From positions 33,788 through 97,787 of the forward strand of contig CAVXJC010000006.1 of the NCBI GenBank assembly GCA_963762075.1: a stretch of 64,000 nt of DNA. The letters are read 5' to 3'. Numbering within the stretch: position 1 is the stretch's first letter; every line of letters begins with the position of its first letter. A program made the position numbers and the translations under genes. The stretch comes from an uncultured Actinomycetes bacterium. Lineage in GTDB: Bacteria > Actinomycetota > UBA4738 > HRBIN12. Shown here one piece after another: positions 18,148 to 27,296 of this stretch. The notes under the pieces were generated by a model that did not search any database, was not told where the DNA came from, and was given only the letters and a program-made list of their open reading frames with translations.

Positions 18148-19221
18148 ATGCGCAAGACGGCGTGCTGCCTCGCCATCATCCTGCTGGCCGGCGTTCTTGG
18201 TGCCGTGCCGGCGTTCGCGACGTTCGGTGCGATCGTCGAGCTCCCCGCGGATGCGATCTACTCCCCCTACGGGGGTCCGGCGACCGTGACGTTCACGTTC
18301 GAGCCTGAGGACGCAGCTGCGATCTTCACCGCGCGGATCCGACGGCCGGGACACGGCGAGATCAAGACGAAGGACTACCTGGTCGACCCCGACACCCAGA
18401 CCTCACCGCACGCCGTTACGTTCTCGTGGGCGAAGCTGTCTGTCGCTGCCCCCACCGACTACGTGGTCGACGTCCGCCGTCAGGGAGAAGGCTCGGTGAT
18501 CACGAGTGAGACCTTCACGTTGCTCCCGAAGCTGGTCTCCGAGCTCTCGGCGCAGCCGTCGCCCTTCTACCCCCTGGTCCAGGACGGATACAAGGACCGC
18601 ACCACGATCGGCTTCTCGCTGGCGGCCGATACCGTCGAGACGGTCGTTCGGATCTTCGAAGATGACGCGTTCGGTCGATGCTGCGGTGCGGAGATCCGCT
18701 CCGAAAGCTTGGGCCCGCTCGCGGCGGGCGGGCAAGGCTGGATCTGGGACGGTGCCATGGACGACGCATCGATCGCCCGGAAGGGCACCTACTTCGCACG
18801 GGTCAGCGCGACCGACACGGACGGGGTGTCGATGGTCTCGAAGGCTCAGAAGTTGAAGATCACGAAGGGTCTGATCCGCAGGACGGCCACGAAGCAGAAG
18901 AACGGGAGCGCGTACGCGCGCACTGCACACGAGCAGGAAACCGCGTACGCGGGCGACTGCCGGGTATCGCGCGTCGCGGCGACGCACGAGGCCGACATCC
19001 TCTGCGTCAACGCGAAGATCTCGGTCTACTGGCGATGGGGTCTGAGGCCGGGGGAACGGATCGAGTCGATCTCGTTCGTGATCCAGCGGGGCATCTACGG
19101 ATGTCACCGGGCTCAGGGCCACACGGACACGCAGTCGTTCGTGCGCGTGCATTCGCCGCCGACCTCGTCGTGCTCCGTCGTCTCGGCCACGATCAAGTAC
19201 AGCTACCCCGTGCAGGCCTGA
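18148..19221 (+). CDS. secreted protein with FlgD-Ig-like (PF13860-like) domain
   Basis: Signal peptide MRKTACCLAIILLAGVLGAVPAFA. SPFYPLVQDGYKDRTTIGFSL...IFEDDAFGR...GWIWDGAMDDASIARKGTYFARVSATD matches the FlgD Ig-like pattern. Confidence 0.6.
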   Translation: MRKTACCLAIILLAGVLGAVPAFATFGAIVELPADAIYSPYGGPATVTFTFEPEDAAAIFTARIRRPGHGEIKTKDYLVDPDTQTSPHAVTFSWAKLSVAAPTDYVVDVRRQGEGSVITSETFTLLPKLVSELSAQPSPFYPLVQDGYKDRTTIGFSLAADTVETVVRIFEDDAFGRCCGAEIRSESLGPLAAGGQGWIWDGAMDDASIARKGTYFARVSATDTDGVSMVSKAQKLKITKGLIRRTATKQKNGSAYARTAHEQETAYAGDCRVSRVAATHEADILCVNAKISVYWRWGLRPGERIESISFVIQRGIYGCHRAQGHTDTQSFVRVHSPPTSSCSVVSATIKYSYPVQA

Positions 19222-19308
19222 GGTTCCCGCTGAACAAGGTGCCTGGTACGCACACCGACGATGCAGCAGGGTGATGGTCATGACTGGCGTCGTGACGAGC
19301 ACATCACG

Positions 19309-20334
19309 TCAGTCGCCCCAGCGGGTGACGATCTGCCCTCGGATCCCGGGCAGCGGCAAGGACTCGGCCTCCGTCTCGACCGCTTCTCGTGCCGCGCTCG
19401 AGAGACGGCGCCACGTCTGGATCGCCACCACTTCGTGCGCACGTCGCCACGTTCCCACGATCTCGCCACGCACGAGCAGGCCACCCGGCCACACGCGAGG
19501 GGTCCAGAGCATGCGGCGGCGCTCGGCGTCGGGGACCAGGAGTTGGCGATCGGCTCCCTGGAGGAGGAAGTAGGCATCGCCGCTCGGCAGGAGCCGTGCG
19601 GGCGCCACGGGACCCGGAGCGGCCAGGAAGGTCGGCTCGTCGCGGGTGAGGATCCACGCGTCGCCGACCGGCGTTCGCACAGGGGTCAGCGACCTGCGGA
19701 GCGCATCGAACGCCTGGCGCCCTCGCGGCCCGCCGATCCCCGCCCAATCCGCGAACGCCTCTGGCGTGGTGGGACCGAAGATGTGCAGGTATCGGCGCGC
19801 GAGCTCGAGGCGAGCGTCGCGCGGGTCGACCTCGGGTGGCGGCACCGTCCAGACGGTCGGCAGCCGGGCGCCGTCCCACCTGATCACGACCGTTCCGGTC
19901 GGTGCGGCGTAGCGGAGCCGATTGGGGGGTTCCCCGAGCGCTCTTCCCGCCTCGCCGTAGGTGATCGACTCACCACCGAGGAGCGCGTGCAGACGGGCGG
20001 CGAGATCCTCCGCGACCCGCCGGCCTCTTGCATCGTCCGGAAGCCTCCCGAGGGAGAAGACCGCGAGGTCGCGTGCCGCGACGACGTACGCGTTGAACCG
20101 CGGCCCCCACAGCTGGACGAGCGATGGGTCCTCCCAGGTGGACGATCGGGTCCCCTCGACGCGCGCGTTGATCGAGAGGAGCGCGGCTCTGGGCATGCTG
20201 TCCTGCAGGCCGGCCCACGCGGCACGTCGGAGCGAGCGTCGTCCGGGTGGGAGCCGCTCGTCGAGCGCGCCGACGTGCCGTCGGAACGCGAGGATCTGCG
20301 CTCGCGTGAGAGCGAGTCGAGGCGTCGTCGTCAC
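19309..20334 (-). CDS. AlkZ/YcaQ-like winged-helix DNA glycosylase family protein (HTH_42/DUF1006)
   Basis: GTG start at VTTTPRLALTRAQILAFRRHVGALDERLPPG, a typical family N-terminus. Full-length, about 340 aa. Upstream part of the ORF is Arg/Ser-rich junk. Confidence 0.6.
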   Translation of the reverse strand: MTTTPRLALTRAQILAFRRHVGALDERLPPGRRSLRRAAWAGLQDSMPRAALLSINARVEGTRSSTWEDPSLVQLWGPRFNAYVVAARDLAVFSLGRLPDDARGRRVAEDLAARLHALLGGESITYGEAGRALGEPPNRLRYAAPTGTVVIRWDGARLPTVWTVPPPEVDPRDARLELARRYLHIFGPTTPEAFADWAGIGGPRGRQAFDALRRSLTPVRTPVGDAWILTRDEPTFLAAPGPVAPARLLPSGDAYFLLQGADRQLLVPDAERRRMLWTPRVWPGGLLVRGEIVGTWRRAHEVVAIQTWRRLSSAAREAVETEAESLPLPGIRGQIVTRWGD

Positions 20335-20365
20335 ACGCGCACCACGGACGTCGGGGCAGCCACGG

Positions 20366-21007
20366 CTACGACGGATCTCTCGGATCGGGCCGATCCAGAT
20401 CCCAGTGCCGGACCATCGAACACATCCACGCTGCCTCGCCGGTCGGTGCGAACGCGACCCGCGTGACCGCGCGCTGGCCACCTTCATGATCGGAATACAG
20501 CAGCTCCACGGCGAACAGCCGCCGCGCCCGGAACGCCTCGACGAGGGCGGGATACTCGGGGTCGTCGTGATCGCGGAGCGCCCCTTGCCAGAAGCCGATG
20601 TCGCTCCCCGCGATGTACAGGTCGCGGAGCTGCCGCCGGAAATCCTCAGGCTCAGCGTGCGGATGCGGGTCAAGGAGCTCCGTCCCGACGAGGTGCCATC
20701 CGTGCAACACCGCGATCCCCGAACCGGAGTTGCGAAGTGACATCGCCATGAGGATGTCGCCATCGATCTCCTCCACGCTCGCGCCGGCGCCGGGAAGTTG
20801 GATCCAATGCTCGTCCGGCCACATGACCTTCTGAACGGGATCCTCCAGTCGCGATGGGACGAGGAGTGGACGGATCCCGATCTGCATCGAGTACTCGGCG
20901 ATGCGGGCGGCGCGGTTCGCGGCCCGGACCGCCACGAACGTGGCGAGCGCGAGGACGAGCGTGCCTACCGCGGTCGCGAGCGAGGCGACGGTCGACCAAT
21001 CGGTCAT
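20366..21007 (-). CDS. hypothetical membrane-anchored protein
   Basis: Start at MTDWSTVASLATAVGTLVLALATFVAVRAANR (single TM helix). Immediately upstream of the AlkZ-like gene on the same strand. Confidence 0.45.
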   Translation of the reverse strand: MTDWSTVASLATAVGTLVLALATFVAVRAANRAARIAEYSMQIGIRPLLVPSRLEDPVQKVMWPDEHWIQLPGAGASVEEIDGDILMAMSLRNSGSGIAVLHGWHLVGTELLDPHPHAEPEDFRRQLRDLYIAGSDIGFWQGALRDHDDPEYPALVEAFRARRLFAVELLYSDHEGGQRAVTRVAFAPTGEAAWMCSMVRHWDLDRPDPRDPS

Positions 21008-21188
21008 CGCATCAGCGTATAGGGAGGGTAGGCGCCTCTGCGGCGCGATCCTGAGCTCGTCCGCTTCCCCGATGCCGGCCAGCGTCAGCCTTCCATGCGG
21101 TCGATCGACGACCCTCCGATCACGTTCGTCTGCTACCGGGCAGTGCTCCACCCACACGTGACAATTACATGCGGCTGGGATAGACGGG

Positions 21189-21656
21189 TCATTCAGCCAC
21201 CGCCCGCGGCTCGAGGACGACGACCGCAGTCTCCTGTGGACGTCGCGCGGCGTATCCGTCGAGGTTGTCGTCTATCTCGCGCCAGCGCTGCCACAGCTGT
21301 TCACGCTCTTGGCCAACCGCGGCCCTGCCCACCACCTCGCGCCGGATCCCACCCGCGAGCTCGACGACTGCCTCGGGATGAGCCTGCAGGTTCAGCCACC
21401 AGGCGGGCTCGGCCGCTCCCCAGCCGTTCATGGCCATCGAGACCAGGTTGGGACCGTCCTCGTAGTAGCCGACGATCACGCTCCGGGACTCGCCGCTGCG
21501 CCGGCCCAGCGTGGTGAGCCGCGCGGCGCCCCATTTCCCCGATCGCGGAGGCCACAGCCCCCTGCGGCTCCCTGTGGCGCGCACGATCAGCCGGTGCACA
21601 TGCCAGGCGGTCACGACGAACCATCGCGGTGGGAGACGCGGCTTTCCTCCGGCCAT
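21189..21656 (-). CDS. deazaflavin (F420H2)-dependent nitroreductase-family protein (PNPOx-like split barrel, DUF385)
   Basis: RWFVVTAWHVHRL...LLTTLGRRSGESRSVIVGYYEDGPNLVSMAMNGWGAAEPAWWLNLQAHPEAVVEL matches the Ddn-like family. GGAGGG RBS. Confidence 0.75.
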   Translation of the reverse strand: MAGGKPRLPPRWFVVTAWHVHRLIVRATGSRRGLWPPRSGKWGAARLTTLGRRSGESRSVIVGYYEDGPNLVSMAMNGWGAAEPAWWLNLQAHPEAVVELAGGIRREVVGRAAVGQEREQLWQRWREIDDNLDGYAARRPQETAVVVLEPRAVAE

Positions 21657-21832
21657 ATCGAGTCCCTCCCTCGAGGACAGACCTCACCCCTGTTCACGTG
21701 TGTCACCGGCCGATGGCCTGGGAGGCCGCAGGTCCACGTGCTGCTCTCGATGCCGTCGCCGCCGATATCCTAGTGCTCCGCCTCAACGACCTCCGGCCGG
21801 CGGTGCTCGATGTGACCGGAAAGGAGACGAGG

Positions 21833-22357
21833 ATGGCTCAGCGCCCACTCCTGTTCGTGACCCGGACATCGGTCACGTCGAAGGCCCCGCCCGAGGCAGT
21901 GTTCGACGTCATCACCGATCTCGATGCGCACTTGGAGTGGTCTGGCGAGCGGGCGGCAGACAACACCTTCAAGCTGCTGACCCTCGAGGCATCGGAGCGC
22001 GCGGCATCCGTCGGTACCACGTTCACCTCGACCGGAGCCAACTTCAACGGCACTTTCCATGATCGGTCGGTCGTCACGGAATCGGCGAGACCGAACCTGT
22101 TCACCATCGAGACCGATGCCCGTCTGGATCGCAAGCGGGGCAAGACCTGGGAGGTGCACTTCCAGCATCGCTACGACGTCCAGCCGAACGGCGAGGGGTC
22201 GCGAATCGTCTACACGGAGACGATCCAACGCGTGAACTACGTTCCATACTGGTTGAAGCCGGGGGTGCGTTCCATCTTCCGACCCCTGGTCAACGGGGCC
22301 GATAGGAAGCAACTGTCGAACCTCGCTCGGCTTGCCGAGGAGCGTTCAGGCATCTGA
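21833..22357 (+). CDS. SRPBCC (START/polyketide-cyclase-like) domain protein
   Basis: Start at MAQRPLLFVTRTSVTS with an AAGGAG RBS. The 174 aa show the SRPBCC pattern. Confidence 0.7.
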   Translation: MAQRPLLFVTRTSVTSKAPPEAVFDVITDLDAHLEWSGERAADNTFKLLTLEASERAASVGTTFTSTGANFNGTFHDRSVVTESARPNLFTIETDARLDRKRGKTWEVHFQHRYDVQPNGEGSRIVYTETIQRVNYVPYWLKPGVRSIFRPLVNGADRKQLSNLARLAEERSGI

Positions 22358-22611
22358 CCCGGGAAGCTCGAGTCGAGTCGGTGGGTGTTCTCAGAACTCT
22401 CTAAACCAACGGGAATCGCAGCCTCTCCCGAGGAGTACCCGCAGTCAAGGAGGCAGGGGTCACCTCCCGGCACGCCTGTCGCGCTCCTGCCTACCTTGGC
22501 GGCGATCCCCGAGTTCGCGGGCATTCCTGGTGGGTCAACTCGCTCACTTGACCCGTTCGCCGGCGTGCGCATAGGGTTGCGCTCAGGTCGGCTGCCCGCC
22601 GAGAGGGAGCC

Positions 22612-22896
22612 ATGCCGCGATATCTCGTTCAGCGAAACTTCGGCAATATCGACGATGAGCATCTTGAGCTGCGTGCGCGCAAGAGCAAGTTGCTCACCGA
22701 GACCGACTTCACCCAGATCACGTGGGAGCACAGCCACGTCGTCGGAAGCCCCGACGGGGCCGTCCGTACCTTCTGTATCTACTTCGCACCGGATGAAGCT
22801 ATCGTGCGTGATCACGCCGACGCGATGGGCGGACACCAGATAGAAGTGATCTACGAGATCGGCGGAGACGTGGCGCCATCCGACTTCACGAACTAG
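22612..22896 (+). CDS. DUF4242 domain protein
   Basis: MPRYLVQRNF...TFCIYFAPDEAIVRDHADAMGG...IEVIYEI matches the DUF4242 (PF14026) pattern. GGGAG RBS. Confidence 0.7.
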   Translation: MPRYLVQRNFGNIDDEHLELRARKSKLLTETDFTQITWEHSHVVGSPDGAVRTFCIYFAPDEAIVRDHADAMGGHQIEVIYEIGGDVAPSDFTN

Positions 22897-25039
22897 CGGG
22901 GTCCACTCGCGCCGCGCGCCGAAGGGTCTCCTCGTCCATCTGCGAGTGCTCGTATCGCGACCAAGCGACGCTGCGACGAAGACCGATCGAGCGGCGCCGG
23001 CCCTCCTCGTCCTTCGGGATCAGCGAGAGCGCCTCCTCGAATAGGGCCACCGCCTCGGCGTTCGCCCAGGCGCGCTCGGCACGCTCGGCCGCCGAGAGCA
23101 GGTAGCTCACTGCTCGCTGCGGGTCGCCTCCTTCCTTCCAGTGGTGGGCGAGGATTGCGGCGATGCTGTCGGCTTCCGGCACCGTCTGCTCGAAGTACTG
23201 GGCCACCGCCTGGTGCCGGTCGCGCCGGTCGCTCTTCGTGAGCGTCGAGTACGCGACGTCACGGATCAGTATGTGGCGGAACGCGTACTCGCGGTCGCCC
23301 TCGACCTTCGAGGAGGGCTCCGTCCGGATGAGGTCGCGCGATTCCAGCGAGTCCAATGCGTCGTCCAGCGCATCGCCGCTGGTGCCGAGTCCGCCCAGCA
23401 CACCATGCCAGAAGACCTTGCCCACCACGGCCGCGTCGTTCAGCACCGATCTCTCGTGCCTGGGTAGGGCATCGAGTCGCGCCGCGATCATCGCCTTCAC
23501 CGTGGTGGGGAGGACCGCGCGGTCACCGCCCTCAGCGACCCACGACGACAGCTCCTCGATGAACAGCGGGTTCCCGCCCGCCGTCGCCTCGATCTGCGCC
23601 GCGACCTCGACAGCCAGCGTTGGCGTGAGCTGCGCCGCCAGGGCTTGTGATTCCTCGGTCCCCAACGGCTCGAGACGGATCGTGAACGAGGAGAGCTGGC
23701 CGCCGCCCCACATCGGCCGGATGTCGAGCAGCTGGGGTCGGGCGAGGCACAGGAGCAGGATCGGCGTGTCCTTCATCCGGGCCGCCAGCGAGTCGATCAG
23801 GTCGAGCATGCTGGGGTGGGCCCAGTGGATGTCGTCGAACACGAGGAGCGTGGGCTGATCGTGCGCGAGCGCCTCCACGAACCGGCGGGCGGCGTCGAAG
23901 ACCTCGCGTCGATCCTCGGCGGAGGCCTCGGCTGTCCCTACGAAGACGGCCAGCCGTTGCGAGACTTCAGGGTCATCAACCCCTAGCCCTGCGAGGGAGC
24001 GCTCCAGCTTCTCGGTTATCACTGCATCGACGTCGAGCTCGAAGACCCCCGCGACCTCCTTCACGAGCTGCCCGAAGGCCTCGTAGCCGACGCTCTGGGT
24101 GTAGGGAAGCTCTCGCACCAGCAGGGATCGGCCGCCGGTGCGCTCCATGTGGTTCGCCAGCTCCGCCGCGATGCGGCTCTTGCCGATGCCCGGCTCGCCG
24201 AGGATCGTGACCAGGTGCGCCCGCCGCCCGGTCACCACGCGTTGCCAAACATCGTCGAGCAGGCCGAGCTCGCTCCCGCGACCGAGGAACGGCGTCTCGC
24301 TGGGGCGCTGCCCGAAGTCGGTGAGGGGCTCGACGGCGAGCCAGGTGGGGACCGGGTCTCGCTTGTTCTTGGCGATGACGGGCTCGACGTTCTCGTAACG
24401 GATCGATCGGTGCGTGGCGCGGTGGGTCTCCTCGCCCACGAGCACGCGTCCCGCCGGCGCAGCGGATTGGAGCCGCGACGCGGTGTTCACCATGTCGCCC
24501 ACCACGAGCGCTGTACTCTCCGACGTGGGATCGAGCTCTACGACTGCCTCGCCGGTGTTCACCCCCACGCGCACCCTGAGCTCGGCATCGGGCAGTTCTT
24601 CGTTCAGAGCGGCGACGGCGACCGGGATCTGGAGGGCGGCGCGAACGGCGCGCTCGGCGTCGTCACCCCGGGCCACGGGGGCGCCGAACACGGCCATCAC
24701 GGCGTCGCCGATAAACTTCTCGACGGTGCCGCCGAAGCGCTCGATCTCCACGCTCACGCGCCGGTAGTAGTGCTCGAGCAGCTCGCGCACGTCCTCCGCG
24801 TCGGTGGACTCCGACCGCGAGGTGTAGCCCACAAGGTCGGCGAAGACCACCGAGATAACCTTCCGCTGTCGCTCCGCGTCCTCGGACCTCGCCCGGGTTC
24901 CGCATGCCGGGCAGAACCGTGCGTCCTCGGGGCCGTTCGCTCCGCAATGGCTGCAAACCCATCCCACACCCGCCCCACACGTCGCACAGAAACGAGACTC
25001 ATCCGGGTTCGCTGCGCCGCAACTCGTGCACACCCTCAC
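22886..25039 (-). CDS. zinc-ribbon / class III adenylyl-guanylyl cyclase / AAA+ ATPase / TPR-like multidomain signalling protein
   Basis: N-terminal double CxxC zinc ribbon (CTSCG...CATCG...CSHCG...CPACG). Cyclase homology domain (VVFADLVGYT...FIGDAVMAVFG...NTASRLQ). P-loop GEPGIGKSR. C-terminal helical repeats. Start codon uncertain: no ATG, so GTG at 25039 chosen; TTG at 25090 is the alternative. Confidence 0.85.
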   Translation of the reverse strand: MRVCTSCGAANPDESRFCATCGAGVGWVCSHCGANGPEDARFCPACGTRARSEDAERQRKVISVVFADLVGYTSRSESTDAEDVRELLEHYYRRVSVEIERFGGTVEKFIGDAVMAVFGAPVARGDDAERAVRAALQIPVAVAALNEELPDAELRVRVGVNTGEAVVELDPTSESTALVVGDMVNTASRLQSAAPAGRVLVGEETHRATHRSIRYENVEPVIAKNKRDPVPTWLAVEPLTDFGQRPSETPFLGRGSELGLLDDVWQRVVTGRRAHLVTILGEPGIGKSRIAAELANHMERTGGRSLLVRELPYTQSVGYEAFGQLVKEVAGVFELDVDAVITEKLERSLAGLGVDDPEVSQRLAVFVGTAEASAEDRREVFDAARRFVEALAHDQPTLLVFDDIHWAHPSMLDLIDSLAARMKDTPILLLCLARPQLLDIRPMWGGGQLSSFTIRLEPLGTEESQALAAQLTPTLAVEVAAQIEATAGGNPLFIEELSSWVAEGGDRAVLPTTVKAMIAARLDALPRHERSVLNDAAVVGKVFWHGVLGGLGTSGDALDDALDSLESRDLIRTEPSSKVEGDREYAFRHILIRDVAYSTLTKSDRRDRHQAVAQYFEQTVPEADSIAAILAHHWKEGGDPQRAVSYLLSAAERAERAWANAEAVALFEEALSLIPKDEEGRRRSIGLRRSVAWSRYEHSQMDEETLRRAARVDPASS

Positions 25040-25112
25040 GCGAAAAGGATATCCGGGTGAGCCCGGCGACCAGCGGCCCGATAGCAGCAACCAGGGGACC
25101 GAACTGCGGAGG

Positions 25113-25361
25113 TCAGGATGATCGCTCCCTCATCTCACCCGTCATCATCGCGAGCCTCGGTAAGACGATTGGCAGCCGCCAGGTGCTGCGCCGGGTCGAG
25201 GAGGAGCAATCGGTCTCGAGGATTCGGCAGCCGAACATCTCCCTCGCGAGCTCCACGGCTACGACGCGAACCGCGTCAGGATCCAAGAGATGCTCGGGAT
25301 CAGCGGGCATCGACCACCCTTGGACCTCATCGAGGACGTAGTCGGGTGCGTGGATCCCCAT
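25113..25361 (-). CDS. hypothetical small protein (82 aa), C-terminus ...RERSS
   Basis: ATG preceded by a GAGAGG RBS about 7 nt upstream. GC3 about 75%. Sits between the cyclase and flippase genes on the same strand. Confidence 0.35.
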   Translation of the reverse strand: MGIHAPDYVLDEVQGWSMPADPEHLLDPDAVRVVAVELAREMFGCRILETDCSSSTRRSTWRLPIVLPRLAMMTGEMRERSS

Positions 25362-25629
25362 TTCTCATCCTCTCGCGCAGGCTGCGGGGTTCGCAGCTAT
25401 ACGGATGCGGTCCTCGACACCGATACCGGGTCATCGGATCCCAAGCCTCACCCTGGTCTCGAGTGACACCGGCGTTGAGGACCGTGCTGCCGCCGCCGTC
25501 AACCATCAACAGGAGGACGCCAGCGCCCTCGAATGAGGCCTGACTTCAGCGGTAAGCCCCTCACCGCGTGGGTCTCAGGGTTCTCCACCGGCGCATCTTC
25601 ACCCGCGACCTCCGAAGCAGCGCCCCACG

Positions 25630-27099
25630 TCACGCCCTTCGGCCGCGTAAGCGAGCGCGAACAGCGTCTAAGACGACGCGATCGTCGGCGTCGATCCCGA
25701 GAAGCGTCGTGGCCGTCACGTAGACAACGACGGTCGCCGCAGTGCCAACCAGGAGCGATGCGAATCCGCCTCCCATCAGGGCGCGGATCGAGAGGGCGAC
25801 GCCGCCCGCGATCACGCCCGCGGCCAGGCCTTTCACGAGACCTAGGTTGAAGGCAAACATCTTCAGGAACACCCATACCTGCGTCATGCGTGCGATGGTC
25901 AACAGGGCGATCGTCGACGCCCAAGCGATCGCCGCGCCGGACATCCCCAATCGAGGAATCAGCACGATGTTCAGTCCGACGTTCAACACCACCGCGGCGA
26001 GGTAGTTCGCCATCTGAACGACGGGCCGCCCGGACATCGTGAGCATGTATCCGCAGGGGCCGCTCGCGGCACTGAACAGCCAGGCGACGGTCATGATCTG
26101 CGTTACCACGACGCCCGATTCGAACGCCGGCCCGAAGATGGCGAGCAGCTCACGCGGGAAAACCAGGAGGACGACGAACCCGGGCAGTGACAGCCGGACG
26201 ACCCAGCTCGTGATGAGGGCGAAGGTCCTCTTGAGGAGCTCGTACCGGCCTCGCCGATAGAGGTCGGCGATCCGCGGCGCGAACGAGTTCGTCACCGGCG
26301 CAACGAATATGGTCGCCAACAGCGTGAGGCGCGTCGCGACCTGATACACGCCCACGTCGGCCGCGGAGCTGTAGATGCCGAGCAGGATCGTATCGGCCCA
26401 CAGCAGGCCGTTGCTGGCGATGTTCGACAGCCAGCTCGGCGCTGAGAACGTTAGGAGCTCGCGCACGTAGTAGCGAGGGCGTGCCTCGATCCGACCGACC
26501 AGGCGTTTCAACGCGATAGAGGCCAGGACGGCGGACGTCGTGTTCGTCACGACGAGGGCGATCATGACGCCCGTCAACCCCCATCCGGCCCAGATCATCG
26601 ACAGCGTGAGGACGATGCGGAAGGCCGGCTCGAACACGAGGTTGATGAGCGCGTACGGCTTCATCGTCTTGAAGCCCCGAGTCGCGCCGAGCGCCGCGTC
26701 CGTGTAGGCGGTCGCCGGCAGCGCGACCGCGACGAACCGCAGAACCGAGATCAGCCGCAGTTCGTCGTGGAACGCATGCACGGCGAGCCAGGGCGCGAGC
26801 GCAAAGAGCGCGATGCCCATGATGGCTGCGATCGCGACCGTCGTCGTGAGGCCGAGCCGGATCGTCCCACGCAGCGCAGCATCGTCGCCATCGGCCCTGT
26901 GCACGACCACGTACCGCGTCAGCGTGTCGGTGGCAGCAGCAGATGCGACGAGGCTCAGGAACGCGAGGATCGCGAACGACTGGAAATACAGACCGGCGAC
27001 ATCGGCCCCGAGCAGCCGCGCGATGACCAGCGTGATCGCGAAACGCAGCGCCTGATTGAAGAGGGCGCCGCCGAAGTTGGTGCCGCCTTGGCGCGCCAT
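25630..27099 (-). CDS. polysaccharide biosynthesis protein / Wzx-like MOP-superfamily flippase
   Basis: Twelve-plus TM helices typical of MOP/oligosaccharide flippases. Start set at MARQGGTNF (27099). The upstream in-frame acidic stretch from 27207 is the alternative. Confidence 0.7.
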   Translation of the reverse strand: MARQGGTNFGGALFNQALRFAITLVIARLLGADVAGLYFQSFAILAFLSLVASAAATDTLTRYVVVHRADGDDAALRGTIRLGLTTTVAIAAIMGIALFALAPWLAVHAFHDELRLISVLRFVAVALPATAYTDAALGATRGFKTMKPYALINLVFEPAFRIVLTLSMIWAGWGLTGVMIALVVTNTTSAVLASIALKRLVGRIEARPRYYVRELLTFSAPSWLSNIASNGLLWADTILLGIYSSAADVGVYQVATRLTLLATIFVAPVTNSFAPRIADLYRRGRYELLKRTFALITSWVVRLSLPGFVVLLVFPRELLAIFGPAFESGVVVTQIMTVAWLFSAASGPCGYMLTMSGRPVVQMANYLAAVVLNVGLNIVLIPRLGMSGAAIAWASTIALLTIARMTQVWVFLKMFAFNLGLVKGLAAGVIAGGVALSIRALMGGGFASLLVGTAATVVVYVTATTLLGIDADDRVVLDAVRARLRGRRA

Positions 27100-27296
27100 C
27101 CCCAAGACCTCTGCTCGACGACCGTCGTCGCCGAGACGATCCCCCCGCTGGTCGCCCGGCGCGCTGGCCACGGGTCCTTCGACCTCGGGGTCCTCTTTGC
27201 CCGACACGCCTCAGGCGCCGCGCTCGAACGCCGAACGATCGGCGCGGCGATGCCCTCGGCACAGGCGGTGATCGCCGAGACGGAGCCGATGGTCGC

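Noticed and set aside
19261-20466. 401-aa plus-strand ORF
   Set aside because: Arg-rich antisense of the AlkZ-like gene and of the membrane-protein gene.
22358-22611. Possible riboswitch upstream of the DUF4242 gene
   Set aside because: Hairpins are present but no match to riboswitch consensus cores I know (SAM, TPP, glycine, guanidine, c-di-GMP). Reported only as a structured leader.
22237-22836. 199-aa minus-strand ORF spanning the SRPBCC/DUF4242 intergenic region
   Set aside because: It overlaps two better-supported plus-strand genes and the structured leader. The composition is Ser/Gly/Arg-rich with no family resemblance.
25533-25850. 105-aa plus ORF with an upstream AGGAGG
   Set aside because: RBS spacing of about 16 nt is too long. 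The product becomes poly-Arg after 40 aa. It lies antisense to the flippase C-terminus.
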